A stretch of 62,986 nt of DNA, filler included, from Octopus bimaculoides (GCF_001194135.2; 5 parts of 5 records of this genome joined end to end with filler, not necessarily neighbours in it), one strand, 5' to 3'; counted from the whole stretch's first letter, positions 1-12,068 are shown. Notes: a model not told the origin generated them from the sequence alone. Program-made: numbers and translations.

Positions 1-349
1 CGAGGGTTCCAGTTGATCCGATCAACGGAACAGCCTGCTCGTGAAATTAACGTGCAAGTGGCTGAGCACTCCACAGACACGTGTACCCTTAACGTAGTTC
101 TCGGGGATATTCAGCGTGACACAGTGTGACAAGGCTGACCCTTTGAATTACAGGCACAACAGAAACAAGAAGAAAGAGTGAGAGAAAGTTGTGGTGAAAG
201 AGTACAGCAGGGTTCGCCACCATCCCCTGCCGGAGCCTCGTGGAACTTTAGGTGTTTTCGCTCAATAAACAATAACAACGCCCGGTCTGGGAATCGAAAC
301 CGCGATCCTACGACCGCGAGTACCGCTTCCTTAACCACTGGGCCATTGC
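1..349 (-). mobile_element. tRNA-derived SINE (long type, 3' part runs off window start)
   Basis: Minus-strand Pol III A box TGGCCCAGTGGTTAAGG (329-345) and B box GGTTTCGATTCCC (289-301) followed by a non-tRNA body; no tRNA 3' acceptor stem. Confidence 0.8.
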
Positions 350-361
350 ACCATATATATA

Positions 362-1200
362 TATATTATCAAAACATTGCCGATGGTGACCCTGGAAAAT
401 CCTTGAGAGCCATCGCCGAAGAACATCAGGTGTCGGAGTGGATTACCAGAGCTGTACTGTACGAGGACATTCTTTACATGTCGTATGTACCAAGGAGAGG
501 GTTAATCCATGCCTACAAAGACACAACAAATTAGTTTGATCCGTGCCAAGCGGTTACTTAACAAAGTTACAAACCCACATGGACATGACATATTTTAGTC
601 CTTCTCTGACGAAAAAAACCTCAACTAAGACCAAAAGTCTAACAGGAGAAATGGCAGATGATGGCTATGAGCAGATCCTTCTGATCTCCCCAGACTGAAG
701 CACACAAAGTTTCTGTCAACCGTGTTTTAGGATTGGTGAATAACAAGGGTAATTTCACACAATTTCACATCTGACCACAGGGTCTAAGAATTAATATTGC
801 TGGAGACGTTGAGGTGCTGGAGGCAGTTGTTAAGCTCTGGGTGGATGAAGTACGTAGTGGAAGGTCATTCGTGTTCCAACAAGATTCAGCACCTTCTAAC
901 AAAGCCCACGTAACCCAAATATGGATGTTAGACACTCTTTACGATCATCTAACACCAAACTTGTGGTCTCCAAATTCGCCAGATTTAAATCCCACGGACA
1001 ACTACATTTAGAGTGTTGTTGAAATGGAGACTAATCGACATCATGGCAACACAAAGCTTCACTGAAGACCACCGTTGTCCAGGTGATGCCCAAAACGATT
1101 GAAGATCATTTTGGTGCTGGCATTTTAACGGTTTTCAGTCCCGTCTTGAAATAGTCATCGAAATTGAAGGCGGATTCATAGAATTATCTTACAAGAAGTC
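362..1200 (+). mobile_element. Tc1/mariner DD37D (maT-type) transposase remnant
   Basis: Frameshifted fragments: DPGKSLRAIAEEHQVS..SYVPRRG (HTH/linker), FFSDEKN (D1), FQQDSAP (D2), WSPNSPDLNPTD (D3); exactly 37 residues between D2 and D3 in ORF 814-1011. Confidence 0.85.
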
Positions 1201-1452
1201 TTATCCAGAATTTGTACATATTTTTTTAATTACAATACATGTAGTTTTTAGCGGATTAAAGATGCTTTATTAGATTACCAAATATGTGTTTTATATCGAC
1301 TTATACGCATGAATGCTATTTTATTTTATCGAGCCCACAAGAGTGAAGGTAAGGTTGACTTCGATACGATTTGAACTACGAATGTAAAAGGCCGTGGTCA
1401 TTTTGTCTAACGCCCAATTGGTTCTTCTTATCGAACACGTCTGTAATATAAT

Positions 1453-1666
1453 CTTTTCTACTCTAGGCACAAGGCCCGAAATTTTGGGGGAGGGAGCCAG
1501 TCGATTAGTTCGACTCCAGTACGCAACTGGTACTTAATTTATTGAACCCGAAAGGATGAAAAGCAAAGTCGACCCCGGCGGAATTTGAACTGAGAACGTA
1601 GCGGTAGACGAAATACCGCTAAACATTTCGCCCGGTGTGCTTACGTTTCTGCCAGCTCGCCGCTTT
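1453..1666 (-). mobile_element. ~215-bp tRNA-derived SINE (type B), full length with TSD
   Basis: Head GGCGAGCTGGCAGAAACGT, B-box-like GTTCAAATTCC, 3' GGCCTTGTGCCTAGAGTAGAAAAGA; flanked by CGT(C/T)TGTAATATAAT at 1438-1452 and 1667-1681. Confidence 0.85.
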
Positions 1667-1705
1667 CGTTTGTAATATAATATAATGATCCAATGTTACT
1701 GGAAG

Positions 1706-2080
1706 TGGGCGGCGAGCTGGCAGAATCGTTAATACCCCGGGGTAAAATACTTGGCGGCATTTCATCTTTCTTTAGATTCTGAGTTCAAACCCTGCTGAGA
1801 TCAACTTTGTCTTTAGGGCTCGATAAAACAAATACCAGTTGAATACTAGGGTCGATGAAATCAACCTTCCCCTCCCCTTAACAACGCTGGCCGTGTGCCA
1901 AAATGTGAAATCAATATTATTATCATGCGTTCATTACGTTGTGAGTTCAAATTTTACCGATATCGACTTTGCCTTTCACTCTTTCGGGGTCGATAAAATA
2001 AAGTGTCAGAAAAGCATTGGAGTCAGTGTAATCGACTTACACCTCCCATAAAAACTGCTAGCTTTGTATCAAAATTAAAA
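1706..2080 (+). mobile_element. Two adjacent type B SINE copies (one 5' truncated)
   Basis: Same head and GGGGTCGAT..ATCGAC 3' module as 1453-1666. Confidence 0.7.
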
Positions 2081-2465
2081 AGGAAAATATTATTACTATG
2101 CGTGCTATGAAAACTTTGCTGTTTTACGATAATTCTTTTTTCCAGTTAAACGTTGTGATCTAGAATTGTTTGACCTGTTCTTCGCATCACGCGATGACGG
2201 CTACGCTTGTGGAATGATAGGGCTGTATATCTTAGACTTACTTTGAAAGAGATACTATTATGAAAAGTTCTTCAGTCTTTAATGTGGAATACCGGAATAC
2301 CATTTGACAGTAGGTCTACAGGTCGAATTTAACAAAGGCTGACGTGAAGTTAAACGTCAATCGTACCCTCATAATTCTCAAACCAATAAAATGAAATGCA
2401 CCATTTAAGGGTCGGATTAGTCCATACATCGGTATGGGACCCGGAGAGCCAGGGAGAGGCCTGTG

Positions 2466-2550
2466 ACTACCGTATTTTCCAGTATACAGGTCGAATTTTC
2501 CAGGCCAAAACTTACAGCCAAAAACAAAAGGAAGGTTGACTTTATACGCC
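2466..2550. mobile_element. Possible pogo/Tigger-like MITE remnant
   Basis: TA-CCGTATTTTCCAGTATACAGGTCGA on the left and partial inverse GTTGACTTTATACGCC on the right; right terminus incomplete. Confidence 0.25.
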
Positions 2551-2939
2551 ACAATGTGAAGTGAGGCAGGATTTTGGAAAGATAGTGACAGTGTTTGATT
2601 TGTATGCCGGGAAATGCAGTATCTGTCGGCTTCTTCACAATCTTCTCACGGCAATCCTCCAAAATCTTAAGTAGAACCAGGAATCTTGAGAACAGTCTTG
2701 TTCCGCCCTGTCGACTTTCCCTCAGGGGTAATTCTTCTGTATGTTATGTCGTTAGGTATCTTGATTAAGGGTGGATGATCAACCAAAGGGGAATGGGTAG
2801 ATTGACGAAGAAAATGTTTTGGCTTGTTAAAAACCATTCGTGTTTAATATGGTTGTGTCACCGAAGACTAGGTCTTTTGGATTGGCTTCTGTTTTCCTCT
2901 TCGCAACAATTCTTCTCTCGACTTTTCTTTCTTTCTAAT

Positions 2940-3028
2940 ACACACAGAGTTATACACATACATGCATACATAAACACATACACACATAAGCACACACACA
3001 TACATGCATACATACAACCGCACATAGA

Positions 3029-3094
<66 letters not shown>

Positions 3095-3300
3095 CACACA
3101 AGCATACATAAACACATACACAGTATACGAATTGTTATACACACTGACTCAAGCACATACATATACGTTTCATAAATATACACACAGACACAAACATACA
3201 CACACATTATACAAACATCTAAATACACATACATACACGTCTACACACATATACATACATACACACACCTCTACGTACACTTACACAATAAATAAATAAA
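2940..3300. repeat. Compound (CA)/(TA) microsatellite
   Basis: Direct reading; perfect (TA)n core at about 3030-3090. Confidence 0.9.
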
Positions 3301-3644
3301 TAAATAGATAAATATACAAAACAGTAAGATATTTTATTTGAGATTAACAATTTCCTTCTCTTCCCCCCCCCCCAGGTGAGAGCAATTAATCCTCGAGATT
3401 CAGGTGAGAGAAGGTAACCCACGTCAGCTTGGGGTTAGTGAAAAAAACGAGGGAGTTTTTATTGCTGATAAGAAAATAAAAACCAAAGATTGTATCTTTT
3501 AAACAGGACTAAAACAGTAGAGAAAAATAAGCAATAAACTTATTTCCGATTTAACAACGCCAAGTCTCATTTATCCATGCATTTGTTGGTCTGCTTCCGA
3601 ACTGTGGCATTTACCGTCTGTCAGACTGTCTGTCTATTTGTCTG

Positions 3645-3687
<43 letters not shown>

Positions 3688-4074
3688 GTCTATCTTTCTC
3701 TCCCGTCTCTCTAATACCGTTACATATTTTCACCTCATTTCTAATTTCTTTCCTTCTTTTCCCCTCCCCTCAACATTTACCTTCCATATCGGATATATCC
3801 ATCACTCTGCCTCCTTGCTTCTCACTCTCTCTCTTTCTCCCTGCTTTTATTTGTCTTTCGTTCTCTCTGTTTCCTCATCCTAACACTTACTCCCACCTTC
3901 CTTTGCTTTCACACACACACAAACACACTCACATGATACACCCACACGTCGGCTCACGCACGTACGATCTTCTGCGAACACACACACACACACATATAGA
4001 TATGTGTGTATGTTTACGAATCCTGCAACTGATCTATCTATCTATCTATCTATCTAAATACATCGGTATATATG

Positions 4075-4129
<55 letters not shown>

Positions 4130-5063
4130 TATATATATATATCTATATATATATATATATATATATATATANNNNNNNNNNNNNNNNNNNNNNNNNNNNN
4201 NNNNNNNNNNNNNNNNNNNNNNNNNNNNNNNNNNNNNNNNNNNNNNNNNNNNNNNNNNNNNNNNNNNNNNNNNNNNNNNNNNNNNNNNNNNNNNNNNNNN
4301 NNNNNNNNNNNNNNNNNNNNNNNNNNNNNNNNNNNNNNNNNNNNNNNNNNNNNNNNNNNNNNNNNNNNNNNNNNNNNNNNNNNNNNNNNNNNNNNNTATA
4401 TATATATATATATATATGTATGTATAACTTTATATATACCCCCACTACGTGTGTGTGTGTGTGTGTATAAGTACTTACCAACATTTCCTGACTTCTACCC
4501 AATTCCATCAAAACTTACACCAATTTCCACCTCCAACTTTTCCTCCTTCAAACTATTGTTGTAAACAAAATGTCACGTTGGGTGTAGCGTGATAGTTTTT
4601 GGCGCGCTTTTTATGATGTTTCCCCACTACCGTCTTCGCAGCAACACCACAACTATCACAGCCATCACCACCGCAATCAGCCTCATCATCACCACCATCG
4701 TCATCATCATTATAAGCAGCAGCAGCAGCAGCAGTCGTTATCTTAAACGTTCGTCTTACCTGTTTGTTCAACACTACAGCATTTTTTTCCCCTTGTGCTA
4801 TATCAACACCCACACAGCAGTTTCTAATTTTACAAGAATTACACACCGTGTTTTTATTTCATTTCATTTCCTTCTTTCTTCCTTTCTTTCTTTCGTTTGT
4901 TCTTGCACAAATAAATACATAGATGTATAAGAGTGCTCTGATACCTGAAAAATGTGTGTTTTATGTACGGTAGGCTGGATTCCATGTACAGAACCGAAAG
5001 ATTTTCGTACAAGACTTGGTATATGTATATCTGAGTGTGTGTGTGTAATATATATATATACTC

Positions 5064-5259
5064 TTTAACTTGTTTCAGTCATTTGACTGCAGCCATGCTG
5101 GAGCACCGCCTTTAGTCAAGCAAATCGACCCCCAGGACTTATTCTTTGTAAGCCTAGTACTTATTCTATCGGTCTCTTTTGCCGAACCGCTATGTTACGG
5201 AGACGTAAACACACCAGCATCGGTTGTCAAGCGATGTTGGGGGGACAAACACAGACACA

Positions 5260-5297
<38 letters not shown>

Positions 5298-5300
5298 CAT
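5064..5300 (-). mobile_element. ~400-bp SINE with internal microsatellite (type A), 3' half, broken by gap
   Basis: Near-identical to the 3' half of the complete copy at 29802-30187; N gap starts inside the internal (CA)/(TA) tract. Confidence 0.85.
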
Positions 5301-6185
5301 NNNNNNNNNNNNNNNNNNNNNNNNNNNNNNNNNNNNNNNNNNNNNNNNNNNNNNNNNNNNNNNNNNNNNNNNNNNNNNNNNNNNNNNNNNNNNNNNNNNN
5401 NNNNNNNNNNNNNNNNNNNNNNNNNNNNNNNNNNNNNNNNNNNNNNNNNNNNNNNNNNNNNNNNNNNNNNNNNNNNNNNNNNNNNNNNNNNNNNNNNNNN
5501 NNNNNNNNNNNNNNNNNNNNNNNNNNNNNNNNNNNNNNNNNNNNNNNNNNNNNNNNNNNNNNNNNNNNNNNNNNNNNNNNNNNNNNNNNNNNNNNNNNNN
5601 NNNNNNNNNNNNNNNNNNNNNNNNNNNNNNNNNNNNNNNNNNNNNNNNNNNNNNNNNNNNNNNNNNNNNNNNNNNNNNNNNNNNNNNNNNNNNNNNNNNN
5701 NNNNNNNNNNNNNNNNNNNNNNNNNNNNNNNNNNNNNNNNNNNNNNNNNNNNNNNNNNNNNNNNNNNNNNNNNNNNNNNNNNNNNNNNNNNNNNNNNNNN
5801 NNNNNNNNNNNNNNNNNNNNNNNNNNNNNNNNNNNNNNNNNNNNNNNNNNNNNNNNNNNNNNNNNNNNNNNNNNATATATATATATATATATATACGTAA
5901 ATATCGAACAATGCGAACGAGTGTTCAACACCGCATTGGTGGATAAAGATACTTCATTTGTGTATTAAGGCTACCATTGGTTTCATGTTGAGAAATATTT
6001 CAACAATTCTTCGAGCCGATCACATAGAAAAACTGGTGTTCGTCTCATACATACAAAGGGCTTCCACACAGTTTCCATTTCTCAAATTCACTCACAAGGC
6101 ATTGGCCAGTCCAGAGCGATAATAGAAAGACTTGCTCAGAATGCTACGCAGCGGGATTGAGCTTGAAATCACGTGGTTGTAAAAA

Positions 6186-6252
<67 letters not shown>

Positions 6253-6417
6253 CCTGTACTCATGTATGTACAGTGCGTTCGGACTAAATTTGACGACTTT
6301 TTCTATGTCTCCTTTTTTTTTCAGGAACAGCTTAATGTATTAGTGAATAGTCATTGGAGAACGTAAAAATTAAAGTTATAACTGGGAAAAAGTCAGCTGG
6401 CTGGAAGCCATGTGAAT

Positions 6418-6570
6418 ATTCCTTTCTACTGTTGGCACAAGGCCCGAAATTTTGGGGGAAAGGGCCAGTCGATTAGATCGACCTCAGTACGCAACTGGTA
6501 CTTAATTTATCGACCCCGAAAGGATGAAAGGCAAAGTCGACCTCAGTGGAAATTGAACTCTGAACGTAAT
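6418..6570 (-). mobile_element. Type B SINE, 5' truncated
   Basis: Matches 1453-1610. Confidence 0.8.
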
Positions 6571-6707
6571 GATAATGTATGTATATGTAATACTATGTAC
6601 TGTACGTACTAATATAAAATAGCCTGTATGTATATAGTAGTATGTATATATATCTAACACTATGTGTGTATGTGTAGGTATGTGTGTATGTAAATAAGTG
6701 TATATAT

Positions 6708-7008
6708 ATTTGTTTCAGTCATTTTGACTGCGGCCATGCTGGAGCAGCGCCTTTAGTCGAGCAAATCGACCCCAGACGCCTAGTACTTATTCTATCGGAC
6801 TGTTTTGCCGAACCGCTAAGTTACGTGGACGTAAACACACCAGCATCGGTTGTCAAGCGATGGTGGTGGTGGTGGTGGTGGGGGGGGGGACAAACACAGA
6901 CACACAAACATATGCACATACATATACGACGGGCTTCTTCCAGTTTCCGTCTACCAAATCCACTCACAAGGCTTTAATCGGCCTGAGGCTATAGCATAGC
7001 AGAAGACA
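6708..7008 (-). mobile_element. Type A SINE, head lost in gap
   Basis: Matches 29802-30100, with an extra (GGT)n expansion. Confidence 0.8.
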
Positions 7009-7108
7009 NNNNNNNNNNNNNNNNNNNNNNNNNNNNNNNNNNNNNNNNNNNNTTAATTAATTAANNNNNNNNNNNNNNNNNNNNNNNNNNNNNNNNNNNN
7101 NNNNNNNN
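7009..7108. other. Artificial 100-bp scaffolding spacer (44N + TTAATTAATTAA + 44N)
   Basis: Identical cassette at 21777-21876, 47696-47795 and 60710-60809; the 12-mer gives stops in all six frames. Confidence 0.95.
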
Positions 7109-7191
7109 TGTATACTATATATATATATATATATATATATACATACATATATATATATGTCTGTGTGCATGTTTATAAATGTGTCTATATA

Positions 7192-7352
7192 TATTATTTA
7201 ATAGACACAATACATGTTGTTATGTGCTACTAATAGTTTCTTGTGCTGAGATCATGCCAAATAACAGATTATAAAATGTATACCGTCTCTGCACAGTCAT
7301 CAAGAAACTATTAGTAGCACATTAAAACATGTATTGAGTCTATTAAATAATA
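7192..7352. repeat. 52-bp-arm inverted repeat (hairpin/MITE-like)
   Basis: 7192-7243 is the reverse complement of 7301-7352 with about 3 mismatches; 57-bp spacer. Confidence 0.85.
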
Positions 7353-7379
7353 TTTATCTCTCACTGGATGAAGTACATT

Positions 7380-7408
7380 TCAGTCGATTTTACCATCATA
7401 GAACAGTA
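7380..7408 (-). CDS. Candidate terminal coding exon of unidentified gene (VLFYDGKID*)
   Basis: Acceptor TATATACAG; phase 1 matches upstream candidate exon 7526-7581. No homology recognised. Confidence 0.3.
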
Positions 7409-7424
7409 CTGTATATACAAATAC

Positions 7425-7458
<34 letters not shown>

Positions 7459-7525
7459 TCTATATTGAACCCAAGTTGTTATATTTAATTTGTTTATCTG
7501 CATAATTGCTTGCATATCTGCTCAC

Positions 7526-7581
7526 CTTGATCCCCCTGATAGTCACTCTTTACCCTATGGAATTGGTCCCTCATAAAGACA
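7526..7581 (-). CDS. Candidate internal exon (VFMRDQFHRVKSDYQGDQ)
   Basis: Acceptor CCTGCAG, strong donor AAG|GTGAGC, open frame, phases 2/1 compatible with neighbours. Confidence 0.3.
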
Positions 7582-7666
7582 CTGCAGGCTAAGTTTGAAT
7601 CATTTGAGTGTCACTAAGTGTTTTCTATACCAAGATTCTCTGGCTCTCATCTGTCGATGATATATT

Positions 7667-7705
<39 letters not shown>

Positions 7706-7958
7706 TCATCATCATNNNNNNNNNNNNNNNNNNNNNNNNNNNNNNNNNNNNNNNNNNNNNNNNNNNNNNNNNNNNNNNNNNNNNNNNNNNNNNNNNNNNN
7801 NNNNNNNNNNNNNNNNNNNNNNNNNNNNTATATATATGTGTGTGTGTCTGTATATATTTGTGTATATATGTGTGTGTGTGTCTGTATATATTTGTGTATA
7901 TATGTGTGTGTGTATATGTATGTATATATTTATATATATATATATATTGTCTGAATAT

Positions 7959-8049
7959 TATAGTGTTAATTATCCATCATAGCTGGTCTTAACAGTCAGT
8001 TTCGCAAACTAATTGGTAATTCCAGCCTTGATGGATAATTAATACTATA
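7959..8049. mobile_element. 91-bp Tc1/mariner-like MITE
   Basis: 28-bp terminal inverted repeats TATAGT(G/A)TTAATTATCCATCA..GCTGG (3 mismatches), TA at both ends. Confidence 0.7.
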
Positions 8050-8404
8050 AAATTCAGGCAGTATACCCATTACACTAACAGTTATATGAGTGTATCTTCT
8101 CCCTGACTTATGGTCTCTTAGACGACTCATGCATGTATTATATATATATATATGTATATTTCATGTTATGCTTAGAAGCAGTGCATGGTACCAGAATTCA
8201 TGACTCGAGTCAAATATAACAAACTATATGTGTGAATGTATTTATGTACAGATGTATGTATGTGTGCATATACAAACACAGAGGGAGATATATACATATA
8301 TATGATGTCCAGTCCACAGCTGTTCTCTTGGCTGCAGACAGATATGTGTATGTATTTTCTGAATGGTATGCCACTTTTGGAGAATTCTTGATTCTTAAGA
8401 TTAC

Positions 8405-8467
8405 TGCCTTTTTGTATTCTCTTTAAATTTTGGTTCCAATGGCCACCAGGCAATTGGTTTCCATTCT
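8405..8467 (-). CDS. Candidate internal exon (EWKPIAWWPLEPKFKENTKR)
   Basis: Pyrimidine tract + AAG acceptor, donor CA|GTAATC, 63 nt, phase 2/2, joins in frame to 7526-7581. Confidence 0.3.
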
Positions 8468-8739
8468 CTTGGAGTGAAAGTGATTTTAGTAGATCAAGAA
8501 TTTATCCTGTATGTATTTAATATACTATCATTCATTTTTGTTATTACAAAAAGAAAAAGAAAAAAAAATGAAACCTCTTTGAGTTAATCCTCATGGCTCA
8601 TCTTGATTGTACGTGTGTGTATATGTATGTGTGTGTGTATGTATGTATGTGTATGTGTTGTATGTGTGTATACGTGTGTGTGTGTTTGTGTTTTTGTATT
8701 GTGCAATAGATGCAAATGAATGTCGATGTCGTGTTATTA

Positions 8740-8915
8740 GTGTCCTTCATTTTTCCAATCTTCCATAGAACATGTCTGGCTAGAGAGAAATATTACCTTA
8801 CTTGGAAACAGGTGGGTTGGCAACAGGAAGGGCATCCAGCCTGAGAAAAACTGCCTCCACAATGTCTTTCTGACCCATGCAAACATAGAAAAGTGGACGT
8901 TAAGAATGATGATGG
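8740..8915 (+). mobile_element. SINE/LINE 3' tail fragment ending in (GAT)n
   Basis: AGGAAGGGCATCCAGCC and CCCATGCAAACATAGAAAAGTGGACGTTAA followed by TGATGATG; resembles RTE-type 3' ends. Confidence 0.45.
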
Positions 8916-9234
8916 TTATAATGTGCAGGTGTGTATGTGAGCACATGCAGACACTCACATATCCTTCTCTCCACATCCAGTGCAATTTAAGTTTTATATA
9001 TGACGAATTTCCAATATTTAGAAGTCTTTCTGTATTGGAATTATGTAATTTGTTATGAATCTTGGGTTTGAGTGTTACACGAGAGTATATGTAGAAAACA
9101 AAACTTGAGAAATTGTTCATAAGATATTTAGTTTACATCATCTTACGTGCATTTTGTTAACTTAAAGTGGTTACTAGTTACATAATCAAGCTTTATTATC
9201 AAATCATCAGAAATATGTAACATTACTGAAAGAC

Positions 9235-9468
9235 GACAGGGTTCCCCACCTTGGAGGGCTGCCCGCCCCCTTCGCTCACGAAGAGCGGGTACACCCGAAA
9301 AGCCACCTGCTGCCGCCGGTCAGTGACGAGCATCGGCAACCTACCCGACCCATCTTGAAACACGGACCGAGGAGTCCCAGTCGACTGCAAGTCGTTGGAG
9401 CCTTTCATTTCGCGAACTGCGATGGCACAGCAAAAGCGAGAACGTGACACGTCGCTGCTAAAGGGCTA
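9235..9468 (+). pseudogene. Dispersed 28S (LSU) rRNA fragment spanning the D2/D3 boundary
   Basis: CTACCCGACCCATCTTGAAACACGGACCGAGGAG (9341-9374) matches the universal eukaryotic LSU core ACCCGACCCGTCTTGAAACACGGACCAAGGAG; GC-rich 234-bp island flanked by TGAAAGAC direct repeats (9227-9234, 9469-9476). Confidence 0.85.
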
Positions 9469-11018
9469 TGAAAGACATTATATAGATGTCAGATTGGGGA
9501 AATCAACAAAGAAAAGGATAAGGTGGTGATGGTGGACAGACAGGAGAAAAAATTTTCCTGCACACATGGGAAAGAAAACAGATTGAGGACTTTGCACAAT
9601 AGAAGGAATTAAAATATTTCTAGCAGGTTAAAAAAAAAGAAATTAATTTACTCATTGAAGCAAGTCTATGATTTCTTGTAAAAATAAAATTTCCCAAATC
9701 TTTCTATTTCTATCATAATAGCTCCAGTTAAATGAATCATCAAAACTTAGTTAATTAGGTAGAAATATTGCTGGTGACACATGAAAAACACCGTTTGAGC
9801 AGATCAGAAATGCTGCAATTGCGTCATACAAGATCTAACAACTATATGTGCATGTATCTGTATATGTACACATGTTGTAGCTGTATGTGAGCACATGCAT
9901 ATATGGAGTCTATGTGGGCATATATGTGAGTGTGTGTGTGTGTGTGTATATATATGTATGTATATAAATGTATGTATAAATGTGTGTGTGTGTGTATGTA
10001 GGTATATATATATATATATATATATAATATACACACACACACATGTTTATATTTGCTGAGGTAAATGTATGTAAGATATGCAGCTGACTAAACAACATAA
10101 ACCCTTTGCTAAACCTTATGGCTTTCTTAACTTAATGACCAGCAAAGAAAAAGAACTGATTAGAAGAAACAATAAAATGATTAATGGGAAAATGTCCTGA
10201 CATGTCTATAATAAAAAAGCTCTCATAATATTATTTCTTCTGTCTACCACCCTACCCTCCATCTGATACCTAATACAAAGTACTTCCCCTAATCATGTCT
10301 GAAATGGTGAATTCTGTCATTTTCTGTCCAATGTTACATATAAAAGTTACATCTCTCTGATGATTGGACGATAAGTCTTGAATATGAAACTAATAATCAT
10401 CTTATGCTAATGAAATGTAAGATAGTGCAACTAAATCTTATAAGTGATCTCCCTTGTTTTGATTTGTATGACACACACACACATTCATATGATGACTACA
10501 ACTCAATTTTGGGTAAGGCTTAATTGTTTTCTTAAAGCAGCACAAATGTGGCTTTTCATGCCTTTTTAGGACCTTAGACTCTTTTGTGCAAATGTAGCAA
10601 TGATGGGCACCTCCTGGTGCAGGTGTTCAGAGAGCATAACACATGCTGAAACATTCCATCATGGAATTCTTCATTGAGTGTTTTGCCTTTCTTAGTTACA
10701 ACTATCCACAGTATGCAATACGTTATAGAGATGAAACGATATTCTTGCCTGAAGTTTTCTAAAATGAAGAAAAGCCTTGCACAGGACCATTCCTACTCAG
10801 AGTCCTGGAAATTGGAGCCTTTTAGTTATATGTGTGTATATATATATATATATACATACATTTATGTGTGTGTGTATGTATGTATGTTTAACTGAATGTG
10901 TATTAATGAATTCTGTAGGTATCCTCATAAGCCAGTATGACCAGGTAGCATGTATCATACTTTTCCTCATTGCCTTAGATGTCTATAAAATCATAATTAG
11001 AGGTATCTCTCTCATTAC

Positions 11019-11132
11019 TCCCCACTCTTGTTCCATCAGGACATCCAGCAGTATGTGGTGAATAATGGGGATGAAAGCTACCCTTGTATTTGGCTTGTAC
11101 TTGACTGTTGCTTGGCTGGTACGCATTTTAAA
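11019..11132 (-). CDS. Candidate exon (FKMRTSQATVKYKPNTRVAFIPIIHHILLDVLMEQEWG)
   Basis: TTTCAG acceptor, GGA|GTAATG donor, 114 nt phase 0/0. A competing plus-strand exon (11040-11118) is equally plausible. Confidence 0.15.
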
Positions 11133-11413
11133 CTGAAATGACTGGAATGACATGAAATGAAGTGTTTTTTTGCCCAATGACACAAAGCAGCACCCATTCC
11201 AGGAATGATACCAATAACTTTATGTCTGTGGGCCAACCATCCCTGAGTGCTAGGCTATGACATTTACGTACATGCATTCACGTGTGTGTGTGTGTGTGTG
11301 TGCGTTTAAACTTATATATTTGTGTGTGTGTATTTCTTGGGAAAATCTAGGTACATGATAGCTTCTGAAATGTATTGGTAAAATATTCCTATCTATTCAT
11401 TTCAAGATATTAC

Positions 11414-11467
11414 CTCACTGGTTTCTTCTGTTTTTTCATCCTCTTTCACTGGAATTTCATCATTAAC
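11414..11467 (-). CDS. Candidate exon (VNDEIPVKEDEKTEETSE)
   Basis: Purine-rich 54 nt, phase 0/0, donor GAG|GTAATA; strand ambiguous. Confidence 0.15.
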
Positions 11468-11786
11468 CTTTTAGCAGGGAAATATATTAGCTTAGAACAA
11501 CAGACCTCTGCCAATTCTATCACCTCATTTAGAATAATTAAACATAAATAATTAAAAGCATTTATTGCTTTTCTTAATTATTTTTGTTTAAATATTCAAC
11601 CCCCAAAAGCTTGTTTTTATTAAAATTTTATTGTATCTTTTTTGTTTTATTTTCTCCTATAATTTTCTTTTTATTTGTCTTGATACTTAAAAATATCATC
11701 CCGTCTTTCTGATAATTCATCAATAGCAGTCTTCATCTCTTATTATTATCATTATCATCATCATCATCATCATTATTATTATTATT

Positions 11787-12019
11787 AAGGCAGCAAGCTG
11801 TCAGATTCGTTAACCAGGCAAAATGCTTAGTGGCGTTTTGTCTGTCATCACGTTCTAAGTTCAGTTTCTGCTGAGGTCAACTTTTACCTTTCATCCTTTC
11901 AGGGTCGATAAAATAAGTACCAGTTAAACACTGGGGATCGATGTAATTGACCTGTCCCTGCCCTGAAATTGCTGGCCTTGTGCCAAAATATGAAACCATC
12001 ACCACCACCACCACCATCA

Positions 12020-12068
<49 letters not shown>

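Noticed and set aside
7053-7064. TTAATTAATTAA recurring four times, like a conserved palindrome
   Set aside because: Always centred in 44N+12+44N; an artificial gap spacer with six-frame stops.
8300-8426. STAVLLAADRYVYV resembling a GPCR DRY motif
   Set aside because: Short, adjacent to microsatellite, lacks the downstream Pro and other TM segments.
7244-8506. Selenoprotein hypothesis: in-frame TGA if acceptor 8506 is used, plus ATGA..GA in the 3' hairpin loop
   Set aside because: The putative SECIS lacks the apical AA and has poor helix II pairing; no selenoprotein motif; acceptor 8467 avoids the TGA.
9469-9490. TGAAAGACAT matching the miR-71 5' end
   Set aside because: Only 10 nt match, no complementary arm; explained as the TSD.
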